A stretch of DNA of 64,000 nt from Lama glama (taxonomy: Eukaryota), in the NCBI GenBank assembly GCA_028534125.1, contig CM052818.1:40612001-40676000 (forward strand). Reading direction: 5' to 3'. The position numbers and the translations under genes were made by a program. The notes under the pieces are model-generated. The model was not told where the DNA came from, ran no database searches, and worked only from the letters and a program-made list of their open reading frames with translations. Numbering within the stretch: the first letter of the stretch is position 1; every line of letters begins with the position of its first letter. This document shows, one piece after another, positions 38,270 through 50,125 of this stretch.

Positions 38270-39337
38270 TCTTAGAGGAGCCTTAAATGATATTATAGCT
38301 ACAAAGTGCTAAGCCTAGTGCCCAATTCCATAAACTCGGGAAGATCACAAAAATTCATAATCCTTTAAAAACAGGAAGAACAATGAATAGATGAGTCACT
38401 AACACTTTAGTGTCAACTAGTTTAAAGTATTTCGTAGGAAGTGTTTGTACTTAAGAAGTGTGAATTTTAGTAGACTGGTATTTTTCTCCATTAAAAAACA
38501 AAAACAAAGCAGATGGCAGAACTGGGGCTCTAAGAGGTGAACACTTTTCCCAAGGTTACCTGGAGAGAAATTCAGAAATAGAATCCAGACTACTGACTCT
38601 GCACTTCGTTCATTTTCCAGCCCCCACGCTCCTGTTTAGCATTAAGCACCAGTACCCTGATGCAAACAGACTTAATTAAGAGCTTATCAAGGCCCCTGCA
38701 CAACTCTGGCTGGGCATGGGGACTGAGGAGCTGGCTCTATGCTGAAAATTTGGTTCTCAGATGCCCAAATTAGTCAGTCTAGGGAGCTGACTAATTGTTC
38801 TTCATCTGCCCTACTTGCTGATGAAGGCAAGAAAACGTGACCGTGATCTGCAAGAAGGCAGTCATCTCTCATTCCGCCTAAAAATGAAACAATCATTGTA
38901 ACCAAAACTCAAGCAAAGGTCAATTTAAACAGATCGAAATAGGTCACTCGCTGTAATTCATTTACTATATTAGCCAGCTAGTGTTTTAGCGGCAACAAAA
39001 AATACTTACAAGTGAAGTAAACTTGATCTGTTGTTAGTGTGAACTGACAAAATTTCTGGCGTGGCGTCACGTCAGAAGGTCCCCTGGCCCCAGTGCATGT
39101 GCAGTGAGGGTACAGTAGAGATGCTCAGGGTCAGTGTAGGACTGATATTTTAACTCCGTATCAGGGACCATGCAACACCCTAGATATTGGTGATTGGGGT
39201 CTCACACAAAAGATGGAGTCATTCGCTGAGGTAGTTACTGTGACTGACAGTAGCTGAGGGAAAAGGGCAGAAGGGCTAGAAAATTCTCCTGGCCTTGACC
39301 ATGAAGATCTTGAGGCATCAGAGGAGAAGACTGTGCC

Positions 39338-39875
39338 TGTTACCAAACTCAGGTTCAGCCGCTCGCCACTCAAAAGCCAATGATCCGGAGGCAAGTATCG
39401 GTAGGAAGGCAAGATGCTTTAATCAGAAAAGCTGGCAATCTGGGGAAAAGAATCATGTCCCAAGACCAACTCTGAAGATTCTGCTCAGACATGACAGTTT
39501 TTAAAGGGGAAAAGGGGGAAGAATCTCAGTGAATCATCACTGAGGCAGGAGACTGGGTTCTGCATCACTCTCCATTGTGCGCAGGCTGACTCTCTCTTCA
39601 GATGTTACCTTGCCCGTGTGTTCTCCCGGCAGGATTGCCAAGGGGGCTGTGGGAATAGAGAGCTAGTCATTCTTTAACTACCGAATTCTTCATTCTTACT
39701 TCTTTTTATCCAGGAAAGAAATCAATAGGTCTGGCAAGGCGTGGTGTGCATTCAGGAGAGCATAAGCCAGGAGTTAGTTTAAATTGCCTAGCGATAGCAT
39801 TCTTATAATTAGGTCCTTGTGGGGTTAGAGGGAACAGAAATGGGCAAACAGAAAGGGGCAAAAGAGCTACTTTCA
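39338..39875 (-). mobile_element. ERV solo LTR (~538 bp), family not identified
   Basis: TG...CA ends (tgttacc...ctttca). On the minus strand, TATA-like TTTAAAAA (39498-39505) precedes ATTAAA (39418-39423). Many CpGs are retained. Confidence 0.8.
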
Positions 39876-40764
39876 CGTCTGCTGGCCTTTTGGGGTCAAA
39901 GAGTGGAGCCGGCCAACCAGAGCCCGGAAACTGCCCGAGACAGATGATGGGATAAAGTGAATATGCAAGTTCAGGGGCTTCATCCACCAGCCAGCCATGG
40001 TCAGGTTGAAAGCCTGGATTCTCCTCATCTGCCAAGTCACCAGTGTAGTTCACGTGTAGAGGAAGTTCACAAAGACCTTCCTGAAATTTTCAGCCCGTGG
40101 TCTAAGTCTTCTCATAGTTCAAAAGGGGTTGGAGGTCTTCGTGACTGGGCATCTCAGGCAGGAGGAGACTTCAGCGGAGGCAGAAGGGATTTTGTCATTG
40201 AAGAATGTGGGGTTTTCAGCAGCCAGTTCAAACCACTGCTCCGTGGTTACTCCCAGTGTGAAACTGAGGCCCAGAATGGGGTGTGAATTTCCAGACCAGA
40301 GCAGGTGAGCAGGACATCCTCCATCCACTCTCTCAAGGGAGGACAGAAGAGAAGAAGGACAGAAGGGAAGAAGTTGGGAAAACAGGGGCAGGACGGGATA
40401 AGGTCCAATGCAGTAAGCACTGCACCCTGTAAGCTGCCCCAGCCTCTCCTACCAGCACCTCCGCCAGCTATGCTGACTGAGCCTGGGGTCAAACCAGGGA
40501 AGCCCCTGCCCAACCAGGAAGTCTTCACTCTCTCCCTCTTGGGTCGAATGCAGCCGCTTCCCTAATTTTCTCAGAGCTTCTGCTTGGGGCATCCCCCAGA
40601 GGCTTCTGCCTGCATGTGTGGCCATCCCAGCATCTCTCATTTCTGCCTCTATCAGGTCTGCCCAATGCTGGCCCTGCCTTCACCAGCAGGAACTCCCATC
40701 ACAGATCAAGTCCAGGTACTTTCTCCAGCTATGAATTCCTGAGCAGTAAAGGCTCAAAGTTCCA

Positions 40765-40980
40765 TGTATGTTCTAGTATAGAGGAGAGAGTTTCGAGTCA
40801 AGAGTCTAGTCAAGTCCAGGTATGTGACATTTTACAAGTCATATACATCTTCCAAGGTTCAATTTCCACGCTGGAAAATGGGAGAATTAATAATAAGTGC
40901 CCTTCCTATAGAGCTGTGGTGAGGATCAATGAAAGACATATATGAAAATGCTTAACTATGTCTGGCACAGGGTAAGAACA
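40765..40980 (+). mobile_element. MIR SINE
   Basis: 'tatgtgacattttacaagtca...gaaaatgggagaattaataa..cttcctatagagctgtggtgaggatcaatga'. Confidence 0.75.
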
Positions 40981-41460
40981 TGTTTGGTTAGTAAAAAGCT
41001 ATCCTTTTCCTTGTCTAGATAGGGAAGGTAACCTTGATTCTGTGAACAGTGTACTTTTCACAACTCTGACAAGTATTACCTTCAAAAGCTTACCTACATT
41101 ACAATTTATATTCTGCCATTTTCATTTTGAGACATAACATTAAATGTTCTGGTTCAAGCAGGCCCTTTTGAGGAATGCCAAGATAGATCACTGCCTAGGG
41201 ACACAACAGCAGTGCGGGCCAGAATTTGCATCCACATTTAGCTGGTGCCTTCCACAAGACCCACATTCTCAAAGTGTGGGCTGAGCACCATCTGCGCTAA
41301 GGTCACCTGGGAAGCTGGTAAACAATGAAGACTGCCATAAGGATTGAAAGCAGAGTCTCAAAGAGGTATTTATACACCTGGGTTCATAATATTATTTGCA
41401 ATAGCCAAAAAGTAGAAGTTACCCAGGTGTTCATGAACAAATGAATGGATAAACAAAATG

Positions 41461-41461
<1 letters not shown>

Positions 41462-41504
<43 letters not shown>
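41462..41504. repeat. (CA)21 microsatellite inside the L1
   Basis: Direct read of the sequence. Confidence 0.95.
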
Positions 41505-41506
<2 letters not shown>

Positions 41507-41723
41507 TAGAATATTACTCAGCCTTGAAAAGGAAGGCAATCCTGACATATGCTACAGCATGGATTGGCCTTGAATATTAGGTGAAAGAAGCCAGTCACAA
41601 AGAGACAAATATGTATGATTCCACTTGTAGGACACACCTAGAGTGGTCACGTAAAGACAGAAAGTAGAATGGTGGTCACCAGAAACTAGGGGGAGGGGAA
41701 AATGGGGATTTAGTGTTTAGTGG

Positions 41724-42059
41724 TGTTGACTTGAAAACATAGACTATTAGATATTTCTCCAGCAAAGATGGGTCTATTTAGGAGGAAAGAATTGCAATTG
41801 GAGTCTGCAACCATTAAGAGCCATGTGTGAGTTCCTGAATAGCAAGGGAAGGTGAACTCTATTATAGAGGGAAAACAGAAGTCGGGAGTGCTGTAGTGAA
41901 CAAAGAATCCATGGCTTTTTATTGGTGAGTCTTTGCCAGGAAAGAAGAGGAGTCTTTCTTCTTCCTATTGGGCTCTGCTATGGTCACAGAGCTTGAGAAC
42001 GCTCCCTTCTGGTCTTCCAGGTCTATTTAATTGAGGTTTCTGTTTATTAATTTTTCACA
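41724..42059 (-). mobile_element. ERV solo LTR (~336 bp), ERV1-like, inserted in an L1 3'UTR
   Basis: TG...CA ends; degenerate 4-bp TSD gtgg/atag; the L1 sequence resumes seamlessly across it; CCAAT boxes and a TATA-like motif on the minus strand. Confidence 0.8.
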
Positions 42060-42464
42060 ATAGGTACAGTACTAAATTTTAGTTATGCAAGGTGAAAAGA
42101 GTTCTGAAGATGGATGGTAGTAATGATGGCATGACAATGTGAATGTACTTAACGCCTCTGACCTGTACACTGAAAATGGTTAAGATGACCAATTTTATGT
42201 GATATGTGTTTCACTACAATTTTTAAAAATAATAATTTTAGACCAAAAAAAAAAGATACATATACCTCAACTCACTCTGGGCTCCCCAAATCTGAGTTTT
42301 TGATGGTAGACTCAGGAACTGTTTTAAGAAGTTCTGCATGTGATTCTGATGCACACTTAAATGTGAGGACTTGTGTTCTGCAAGATGGCTCACACATCTG
42401 GAAAACAGGGAGACACGTGCCAATGCATGGGATAGGTCACTCACAGGAAACTTTCACACAAATA

Positions 42465-42560
42465 CACACACACACACACACACACACTATATATATATAT
42501 GACACACTATATATATCTATATATATATATATATATATATATAGTCATAGATATATATAG
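42465..42560. repeat. Compound (CA)n/(TA)n microsatellite
   Basis: Direct read of the sequence. Confidence 0.9.
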
Positions 42561-43425
42561 ACCATTGTTTTCATGCTAACTGGAATCACATGATCCACTT
42601 TTCTTTTGTTTGGACCAGGAAAACCTTTCCGCTCTCACACTCAGCAGTTCCCTGATATCTCTAGCATTTTCTGGGCACACATGCTGGCTGGTTCTCTCCT
42701 CATTCTGGAACAGGATCATTGCCTGGGGGTAATGAGGTCCAGTCTGCCTCTTTCTACTAATTAAAATCCCTTTGCCAAACAAGCATTAAGGAGAGAGAAG
42801 TCCATGACTTCTAAGAGCAGGGAAGCCCTGAAGTAATCTCCTCCAAGACGTCACCCACACAGCATGTCTCTGCTTCTCTTCTCCCAGCCTGGCCCCCGGA
42901 ATCTGCCAGCCCCACCTTCTCTGACACCTTTGTAATTCTGGATGCAGAATGGAGAATGGATTGGGGAGTGTAGTAAGAGTAGATATTAGTTGACCATTAA
43001 AGACAGTGTACAGAGTCCCAGATGAGATTGTGGTGACTTGAATGAGGGTGTGGCTGAGGGAGAGAAAAAGAGGTAAGTGGATTTGAGATGTACTTAGAAG
43101 ATAAAATAGTCAGAGTTATGTCGAGATTTAAAGAATCCATCGTCTGGCCATTAATGATGTATAAATTCTTAGCAGAACAGAGGAAACCCATGGGGCTGGA
43201 TTCTAGAGCTCCCTCATGGGTTTAATTCCACAATGAAGAAGTAGCTATGGACTAACCTGGAAGTCTGAATTCTCGTTTCTGTTTCTCCACTGCTCTTCTG
43301 GGTGATGCCAACAAGTCAAGCTTCTTCTCTGTCCTAATGTCTTATCATCTCCAGCTATATATACACTGTACTGTATGGGCTTCCAGCCCATCTCAAAGGG
43401 AGGCCTTCAAACTTGGAGTTGCTAT

Positions 43426-43817
43426 AGTGAAGTAAGTCAGACAGAGAAAGACAAATACTATATGATATAACTTCTATGTGAAATCTAAAAAATAATACAA
43501 ATGAATCTGTATATAAAACAGAAACAGACTCACAGACATGGAAAACAAACTTATGGTTACCAAAAGGGATAGGAAGGGAAAAAGGGATGGATAAATTAGG
43601 AATATGGGATTAACAGATGCAAACTACTATACATAAAATAGATAAGCAACAAGGATTTACTGTATAGCACAGGGAAATATATTCAGTATCTTGTAATAAA
43701 CTGTTTTGGAAAATAATCTGAAATAAAAATAACTGAGCTACTTTGTTGTACACCTAAAAGTAATACAATATTGTAAATCAACTATATTTCAAAAAATAAA
43801 ATAAAAATAAATTAAAA
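43426..43817 (+). mobile_element. L1 3'UTR fragment (older subfamily)
   Basis: 'agtgaagtaagtcagacagagaaagacaaatac...gtatagcacaggg...tgtaaatcaactat' plus an A-rich tail. Confidence 0.9.
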
Positions 43818-46800
43818 GGTTCAACTTGCAAGTATTTTGAGTTTGGAGAGAAATATCCTCAAGTCACCGTGCTTTGATATCTCCACTTTATCACATCTTT
43901 TATTCCCAGGCCATAAAGACCTCTAGTCTCATTTTACAGTTGGAAGAATTAAACGAGGTGAAACATGGAACACCAAAACAGTTCCGTAATACCCCTAAGG
44001 ATGTTTATAATAAAGGAGGGTTTCAAATTAAAGCATGCAATAAATTTTATTGTTTCACATCATGACATAAAAGCACTTTGGCACAAAATAAAACATAATG
44101 GTGTTCCCAAGCTTTGGGGGATTCGGCATTTCCTTCCCATCTTGCGTAATTGCAGTAATCCAGGCTCCCATCAATCACCATGGAAGATAGTGTCTCAGCC
44201 GTCATAATGTCTGACTGTGAATTCAGCACATCCGAGAGCTAGAGTCCCACCATTGTTTCAGGGAAGCTCTCAGACAAAGAACAAAGCCTGCATCATTGTT
44301 ACTAATAGGGATTCCTCTCTCTGGGAGGACGGAACCTTTTGCTTCCTTCTGTGTCATGATAATGACAGCCACAATTATTGTTCTTAGAAATGGAAGGCCT
44401 AGAATATGGGACCAAAAAAAAAGGACAATGGAAAGCTAATACATCATTAACATGCCTTTAGGGAAGCTCCTTTGGCAAATACAAATGCATTATCCAGAAG
44501 AAGTTTGAAGATAAGAATCAATTTAATTAATGGTAAATGGCTTTGCACATTGACAAAGCCAGGACTAAAGAAAATGCAAACCTGGCTCAGCGGTATTCTG
44601 AGGAAACAAACATTAAGGAGTGAAGACAGATCTCTGGAATGCTTAATTCTCTCCCCTTGCCAGTGAGCTTAGGGCTGGTTTCCAGTTCCAGCATCCTTTA
44701 ACAATTAAGTGTAAGCATAATGAGTGTGAAAAGCAGAGTTGGCTTTGAAAGACCTGAATTCAAACCTTGACTCTTCACTTCATTGATGGGCAAACTGAGC
44801 AGGCTTCTTGACATTTCTAAAGTCTCACTCTTTAATTTATGGACGATTTCCATAGTGGCCATTAAGGTATGATATTAGATTCCAAACATTTCTCTGAAAT
44901 TTTTTCATTTATCACAGATACACCTGTGGTGCATCCTGGCTTATTTCATTATCTGCTCAGTCGTCTGGTCCCATAGGACCTATCTGATCCGCATAGTGCC
45001 TGGGAGCGTGTGGTGTATGATTAGTGGATCCATCACAAAGGTAGCTTTTCCAGTTCGGCACCCAGTCATGGAGCTTGAAGGAAGTACAAGGCTCCACCTC
45101 TGGTCTCTGGGAGTTTTCAGTCACGTTCAAGGGATGAGACATACACACCCACAGAAAGTTAAATGCCACACAGGGCCGTCGTGTTTCATGCCCTGTGAAT
45201 GGGACATATACTGGTGTTGGAAGAGATGAGAGGAAGAGATGAAGGAAGAGGAATCTTCCTAGAGAGGAGGGCTAGTCTTGAAACACGAGTAAAAGTCATG
45301 CTAGAGTTTTGAGAGATGTGTTTAATATTTCCAGCCCGGGAGCCCAGCGGACGGGAGGAGACCAATTATCCTAAATGAGTTCCATCGCCGTGGCATTACT
45401 AAAACCATCCCAAGTCTCCTCCAGTACCAAAGAGAGGCAATGACACCTGAGCTGCTGGCTCGGTCTGTTCTTAAGAAGGAGCTGTGGTCCTGGGCCCCGT
45501 CATGCCAACACCCCAAAATCACAGCTAAAGAACTGGTTGGAATTAGGTTGGGATCCCTCCTATATATTGAGATCTGAGTCCTGGAACACTCTCAACAGCA
45601 AACCTAGGACTTCCAGGGCCAAGAAGGCAATTCAAGCCAACACAAGGAGCAGTTCTTAAGCACTTGTGTCTAGCAAGAAGTAATATGGTGGATAAAAAGA
45701 TTAAGATGTGGTCTTTGCTCTTAAGGACTCATAGACCAGCAGTAGGAGTTGGACAAGTATACCTGGTACTGCTCTATGAAGCCACACAAGTGAAGTGACA
45801 GAAGGGCTGTTGAAGTTTAATGAAGAAGGTAAGCAGATAAATAAGAGAGATCAGGAGGGGTTTCTTGCAGAAGTGGATATGGCATCCCTGTTACTGTTCC
45901 CTCATCTATGACTGGACATAACATTAGTACCTGTATCACAGCATCATTGTAAGAATTGGATACATTACCCTGTGTTAAAAACTAAGGAGAGCTCCTGGCA
46001 CATAGTAACTGCTCACTGACTGTTAGCCACTTGGTGTTATTAACCAAGAACAGCCATGGAGAATGGGTAACATCTTCAGATAAAAATGAGATGTGCAAGA
46101 ATACAGTCTAGTATCAAAGCAAAGGTAATGCCTATTCTCATCCAGCTGCCTGTCTACTAACCAGGGAGAAAGGAATCAGGTGGAAGGCATCTGCAAGAGA
46201 AGGGAAGGTCAAGGGTGTGCCCAGGAAGTGATAAGCATTCTGCTGGAAGTGAAACAGAAGCTTCACATAGAACAGTAGGAGACAAGGCATAGAAGCAGTT
46301 TGGGGAAGGCCTTGAATGCCGACCTGGAGAGTTTGCACAAATTTTTGGCCCCAGCCCATGCTTCCATTACAAATGAGAACCCAGCCATCTACATCGTCTT
46401 ATTCTGGCAACCCTGCAGATGGACCCAGTTCTGAGTGTGGCATCACCACTCAGCTATTGGAATCATCACAGTCTTTAGAGCATCAAAATTGCGAGTTTTC
46501 AGCAAAGCTCAGCAAAGTTATTGATTAGTGCTTCCTTTGTGCCTGTGTCTCCTGGGCTGGACAAACATTAGCTGCATTTATCTGAGCCCTCCTCTCAGCC
46601 TCACTCAGTAAGATAAGGATCAGGCTGACTGTGCAATTCAAATGCCAGGAAAATGGTTGAAAATACATACTTTAGCCATAAGTATAGAGATGCACCACAC
46701 TTAGGGCCAAGTGCAAAACTCCTTTTCAGGTAAACCTTCCTTTGCTGGTGGAAAATAATAAACACAAGATCAAGCAGCATCACCGAGCACTCAAGAGGTA

Positions 46801-46964
46801 ATGAGCCATCAGGGCACAAAAGGGGAGGTCCAGTGTCTGTGCTCTCAATGGAAGACCTGGGGGTAGAGGGTTCCCAGAAAGCCAGGAAGGGAGCCAAGGA
46901 AGGCTTCACAGAGATGGAATATGGATAGGTGCAGAAAGACCAGGGAGACAAGAAATCTTAACAA

Positions 46965-48117
46965 TTTATTCCATCTATTTTTTTATTAATGAATATTGGG
47001 CACCTGCTGTGAGCCAGGCACGGTGCTAGTTGTTACAACAATGAGCATAGTCAAGTCCCAGTCTTCACGGAGCTTACATGTGAGTATGAGAACAGGAAAT
47101 AAATGAAAAGGAAAACAAATATATAATGTAATGTCACAGGAAAAGTACTATGAAGGAAAATAAAGTGAGGTTACGGGAGGGGAAGCATGCTGTTAATGGA
47201 GTGGTCAGGATGAGTGTATTAACTTGCTGGACGTGCCAGAACAAGGCATCATAGGCTGGGAGCCTTAAACAACAGAAGCTCATTTTCTCACAGTTCTGCA
47301 GGCTAGAAGCCCAACATCAAGGTGCTGCAGTGTTGGTTTCTTCTAAGCCCTCTCTCATTGACATGTAGAGGGGCCTCTTTGTCACTGTGTTCTCACGTGG
47401 TCTTTTCTCTGTGTACTCCGATCCCTTGTGTCTGTCCAAATGCCTCCTTAAAAGGGCATCAGTCTGACCAAACTAAAGCTTGCTCTAATAGCCTCATTTT
47501 AACTTATTTACCTTTTTAAAGGCCCTATCTCCAAAGCAGTCATATTCGGAGGTATTGGAGGTTAAGGCTTCCACATATGAATTTTGGGGAACAAAATTTA
47601 TCTCGTAACAGTGGGTCTTTTTAATGAAGGACATTTAAACAGAGACCTAGATGCCATGATGACTTAAGCCATGAGTATCTGGGGCAGGAGAGAATAGTAG
47701 TGCAAAGCATGCTCACTGTTCTGGAGAAGCAGTAAATGAGGTGGGCATGGCTGGAGGAAGTGAGCAGAGAGAATAGTGGGAGATGACAGTGGAGAGGTAG
47801 CCGGGGACCAGCCAGATCACACAGGGGCTATAAACCATGTTAAATAGGGATTTTGAGATTTGGAAAAGAAAGATTTGGACGGTATTGAACAGGTCAGTGA
47901 CATATTCTTATTCGATATCTTGAAATAACTATTCTGGGCTCTATTTAATAGAATAATTGTATCTATTTTCTATTCTATCTATCTAATAGAATAATAGCTC
48001 TAATAATAGAATAATTATCTGGGAAATAGACTGTAAGGAGCATGAGTAAAAGCAGGGAGACCAGTTAGGAAGCTATTATGATCATCTTGGAAGAAGAGGC
48101 TGGTGCCCTGGACCAGG
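46965..48117 (-). mobile_element. L2 3' region, interrupted by an MLT1 LTR and cut by the gap
   Basis: 'tattgggcacctgctgtgagccaggcacggtgctag' and 'agcagggagaccagttaggaagctatt'. Confidence 0.8.
47215..47610 (-). mobile_element. MLT1B-like solo LTR
   Basis: tgtatt...gtaaca termini; 'cttaaacaacagaag...ttttctcacagttctg' and 'ggccctatctccaaa'. Confidence 0.85.
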
Positions 48118-48617
48118 NNNNNNNNNNNNNNNNNNNNNNNNNNNNNNNNNNNNNNNNNNNNNNNNNNNNNNNNNNNNNNNNNNNNNNNNNNNNNNNNNNN
48201 NNNNNNNNNNNNNNNNNNNNNNNNNNNNNNNNNNNNNNNNNNNNNNNNNNNNNNNNNNNNNNNNNNNNNNNNNNNNNNNNNNNNNNNNNNNNNNNNNNNN
48301 NNNNNNNNNNNNNNNNNNNNNNNNNNNNNNNNNNNNNNNNNNNNNNNNNNNNNNNNNNNNNNNNNNNNNNNNNNNNNNNNNNNNNNNNNNNNNNNNNNNN
48401 NNNNNNNNNNNNNNNNNNNNNNNNNNNNNNNNNNNNNNNNNNNNNNNNNNNNNNNNNNNNNNNNNNNNNNNNNNNNNNNNNNNNNNNNNNNNNNNNNNNN
48501 NNNNNNNNNNNNNNNNNNNNNNNNNNNNNNNNNNNNNNNNNNNNNNNNNNNNNNNNNNNNNNNNNNNNNNNNNNNNNNNNNNNNNNNNNNNNNNNNNNNN
48601 NNNNNNNNNNNNNNNNN
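48118..48617. other. Assembly gap, exactly 500 N
   Basis: Run of n characters. Confidence 1.
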
Positions 48618-48887
48618 AAGGCCTGGGGAACGGAGAAGTCCAGTAGTCCCCGAAGGAGAGATGTCAGATGTAAAATCATGCGTTATAGCAACCTGCCCAG
48701 GGATGCGAAGGAAGGAGGCAGACAAGCTACCTACCACATTTACCTGCCCAGGGGGTGTGAGATGTGGCAAGTCTTGAAATGTCTTGGAGGCAAGGAATAC
48801 CAGAAACCCATACTTTGCAAGTTGGATTGTTTTTATTCTTTTTATATCTTCCAGGGGCCTTCCTTTTTTTTTTATTAATGTTTGTAA

Positions 48888-49353
48888 TTGTGATGGATTA
48901 AAAATGGCCATAAATTCTTTGCCACTTCTCCCATCAAGGTGGGGATGGGGGGACAGGAGTCTAAGTCCCCTTCCAATTGGTACTGAGGTTGGCTGTGTGA
49001 CTTGCTTTGGCCGATGGATTATGAACAAACATGAGTCAAGAAGAAGCTTGGCAGGTGCTTATCTGCTGGGGTTTGCTCTTGCGAAGTCTGCCTTGAGATG
49101 GCCATACTGTACGGAAAATGGTCTAGAAAGGCCGTGCAGATGAGGACTGAGGTGCCCAGCCGGCACCAACTCCCAGACATATGTGCTAGGTCATCTTGGA
49201 CTCTCCAGCCACTCCATTCATCATCTAGAATCATAGGAGTAAACTCAGGAGAGCCCAGCAGAAGAACCACAAAATCCTGACCAATAATAAATACTTTTTA
49301 TTTTAGTCCTAAGTTTGAGGTATTTGGTTACACAGCCATAAATAATTGATCCA
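48888..49353 (+). mobile_element. MLT1G/H-like solo LTR
   Basis: 'tgtgatggattaaaaatggcc..aaattctttgccact', 'gtgacttgctttggcc' and end 'ctaagtttgagg..ttggttacacagc..ataa'. Confidence 0.8.
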
Positions 49354-49699
49354 ATAACCATTAATCCATTAAACCATTAAGAAAAAGCCATTAATAACAA
49401 TAGTTATTAATGTCCTTCCTGTAAACTCCAGCAGTCTCAGCTGTGCTCTGGAGTAACAACACTGGTCATAAAAGCAGAGATTAAAATGGTGAAAACTAGT
49501 GGGACTGAGGCCAGAACATTTGGTCATTAGCCACCACCTCCCAAACGTGGAAAAAGAATCCTCTTCCAGAGCAACTTCCTGCTCAAATCTTGAGAGACTC
49601 TTTAAAGGGAATCATTACTTACAGGACCATTTTGCCCTGTAAGGAGTCATATGACAAGCCTTTTCAATTTTTGAGAAGAAAAAAATAACCATTAATAGT

Positions 49700-50125
49700 A
49701 ATAATAGCAAGAAGATTGGATAACATTCCTTGATCACTTGCGATGTAGCAGGACTGGAGTAAGTACTATTGTCACCCTCATTGTGTAAGCAAAAAAAACA
49801 GAGAGGTTGAGCAACTTGCCCATGCTCACACAGCCAGAAATTTGCAGAGCCAGGATGCCAACTCAGATTTGTCTGATGAGCTAGCCCTTACTCGTAGCTG
49901 TTATTGAATGCTTTCTCTCAAATTTTATCCTAATTTCCTTCTATTTTCCTGGGCAATCCACTCAGATGGGAAAAGAACCACTTCAGTTTCGGAGCCTCAG
50001 TTGTCTCACATGTGGAATTGGAGTGATGGTGCCCGTCCCGTAGGGTTTTGATGAGGATTAAATGAGACAGTGAGTAAAGCCCTTAGACCCAGTGCTGGGC
50101 CTCCAGTGAGCAGCGGTAGCTGGTT
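49700..50125. mobile_element. Two MIR fragments (minus ~49700-49890; plus ~49985-50125)
   Basis: 'cagagaggttgagcaacttgccca' and 'gagcctcagttgtctcac..tgtgg...gaggattaaatgaga'. Confidence 0.75.

Larger units (their letters stand above)
41341..42253 (+). mobile_element. L1MB-type 3' end, interrupted by an LTR
   Basis: 'ttgaaagcagagtctcaaagag', 'gaatggataaacaaaatg', 'gacagaaagtagaatggtgg' and 'gtgaatgtacttaa...aaaatggttaagatg'. Confidence 0.88.
41260..42373. mobile_element. MER5-type MITE split in two (41260-41338 and 42254-42373) by nested insertions
   Basis: Left part 'ttctcaaagtgtgg...tcacctgggaagctggtaaa'; right part 'gtgattctgatgcacacttaaatgtgag'. Confidence 0.7.

Noticed and set aside
48015..49028. 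Longest ORFs in the track (204-337 aa)
   Set aside because: Artefacts of reading through 500 N; the flanks are L2 and MLT1 sequence.
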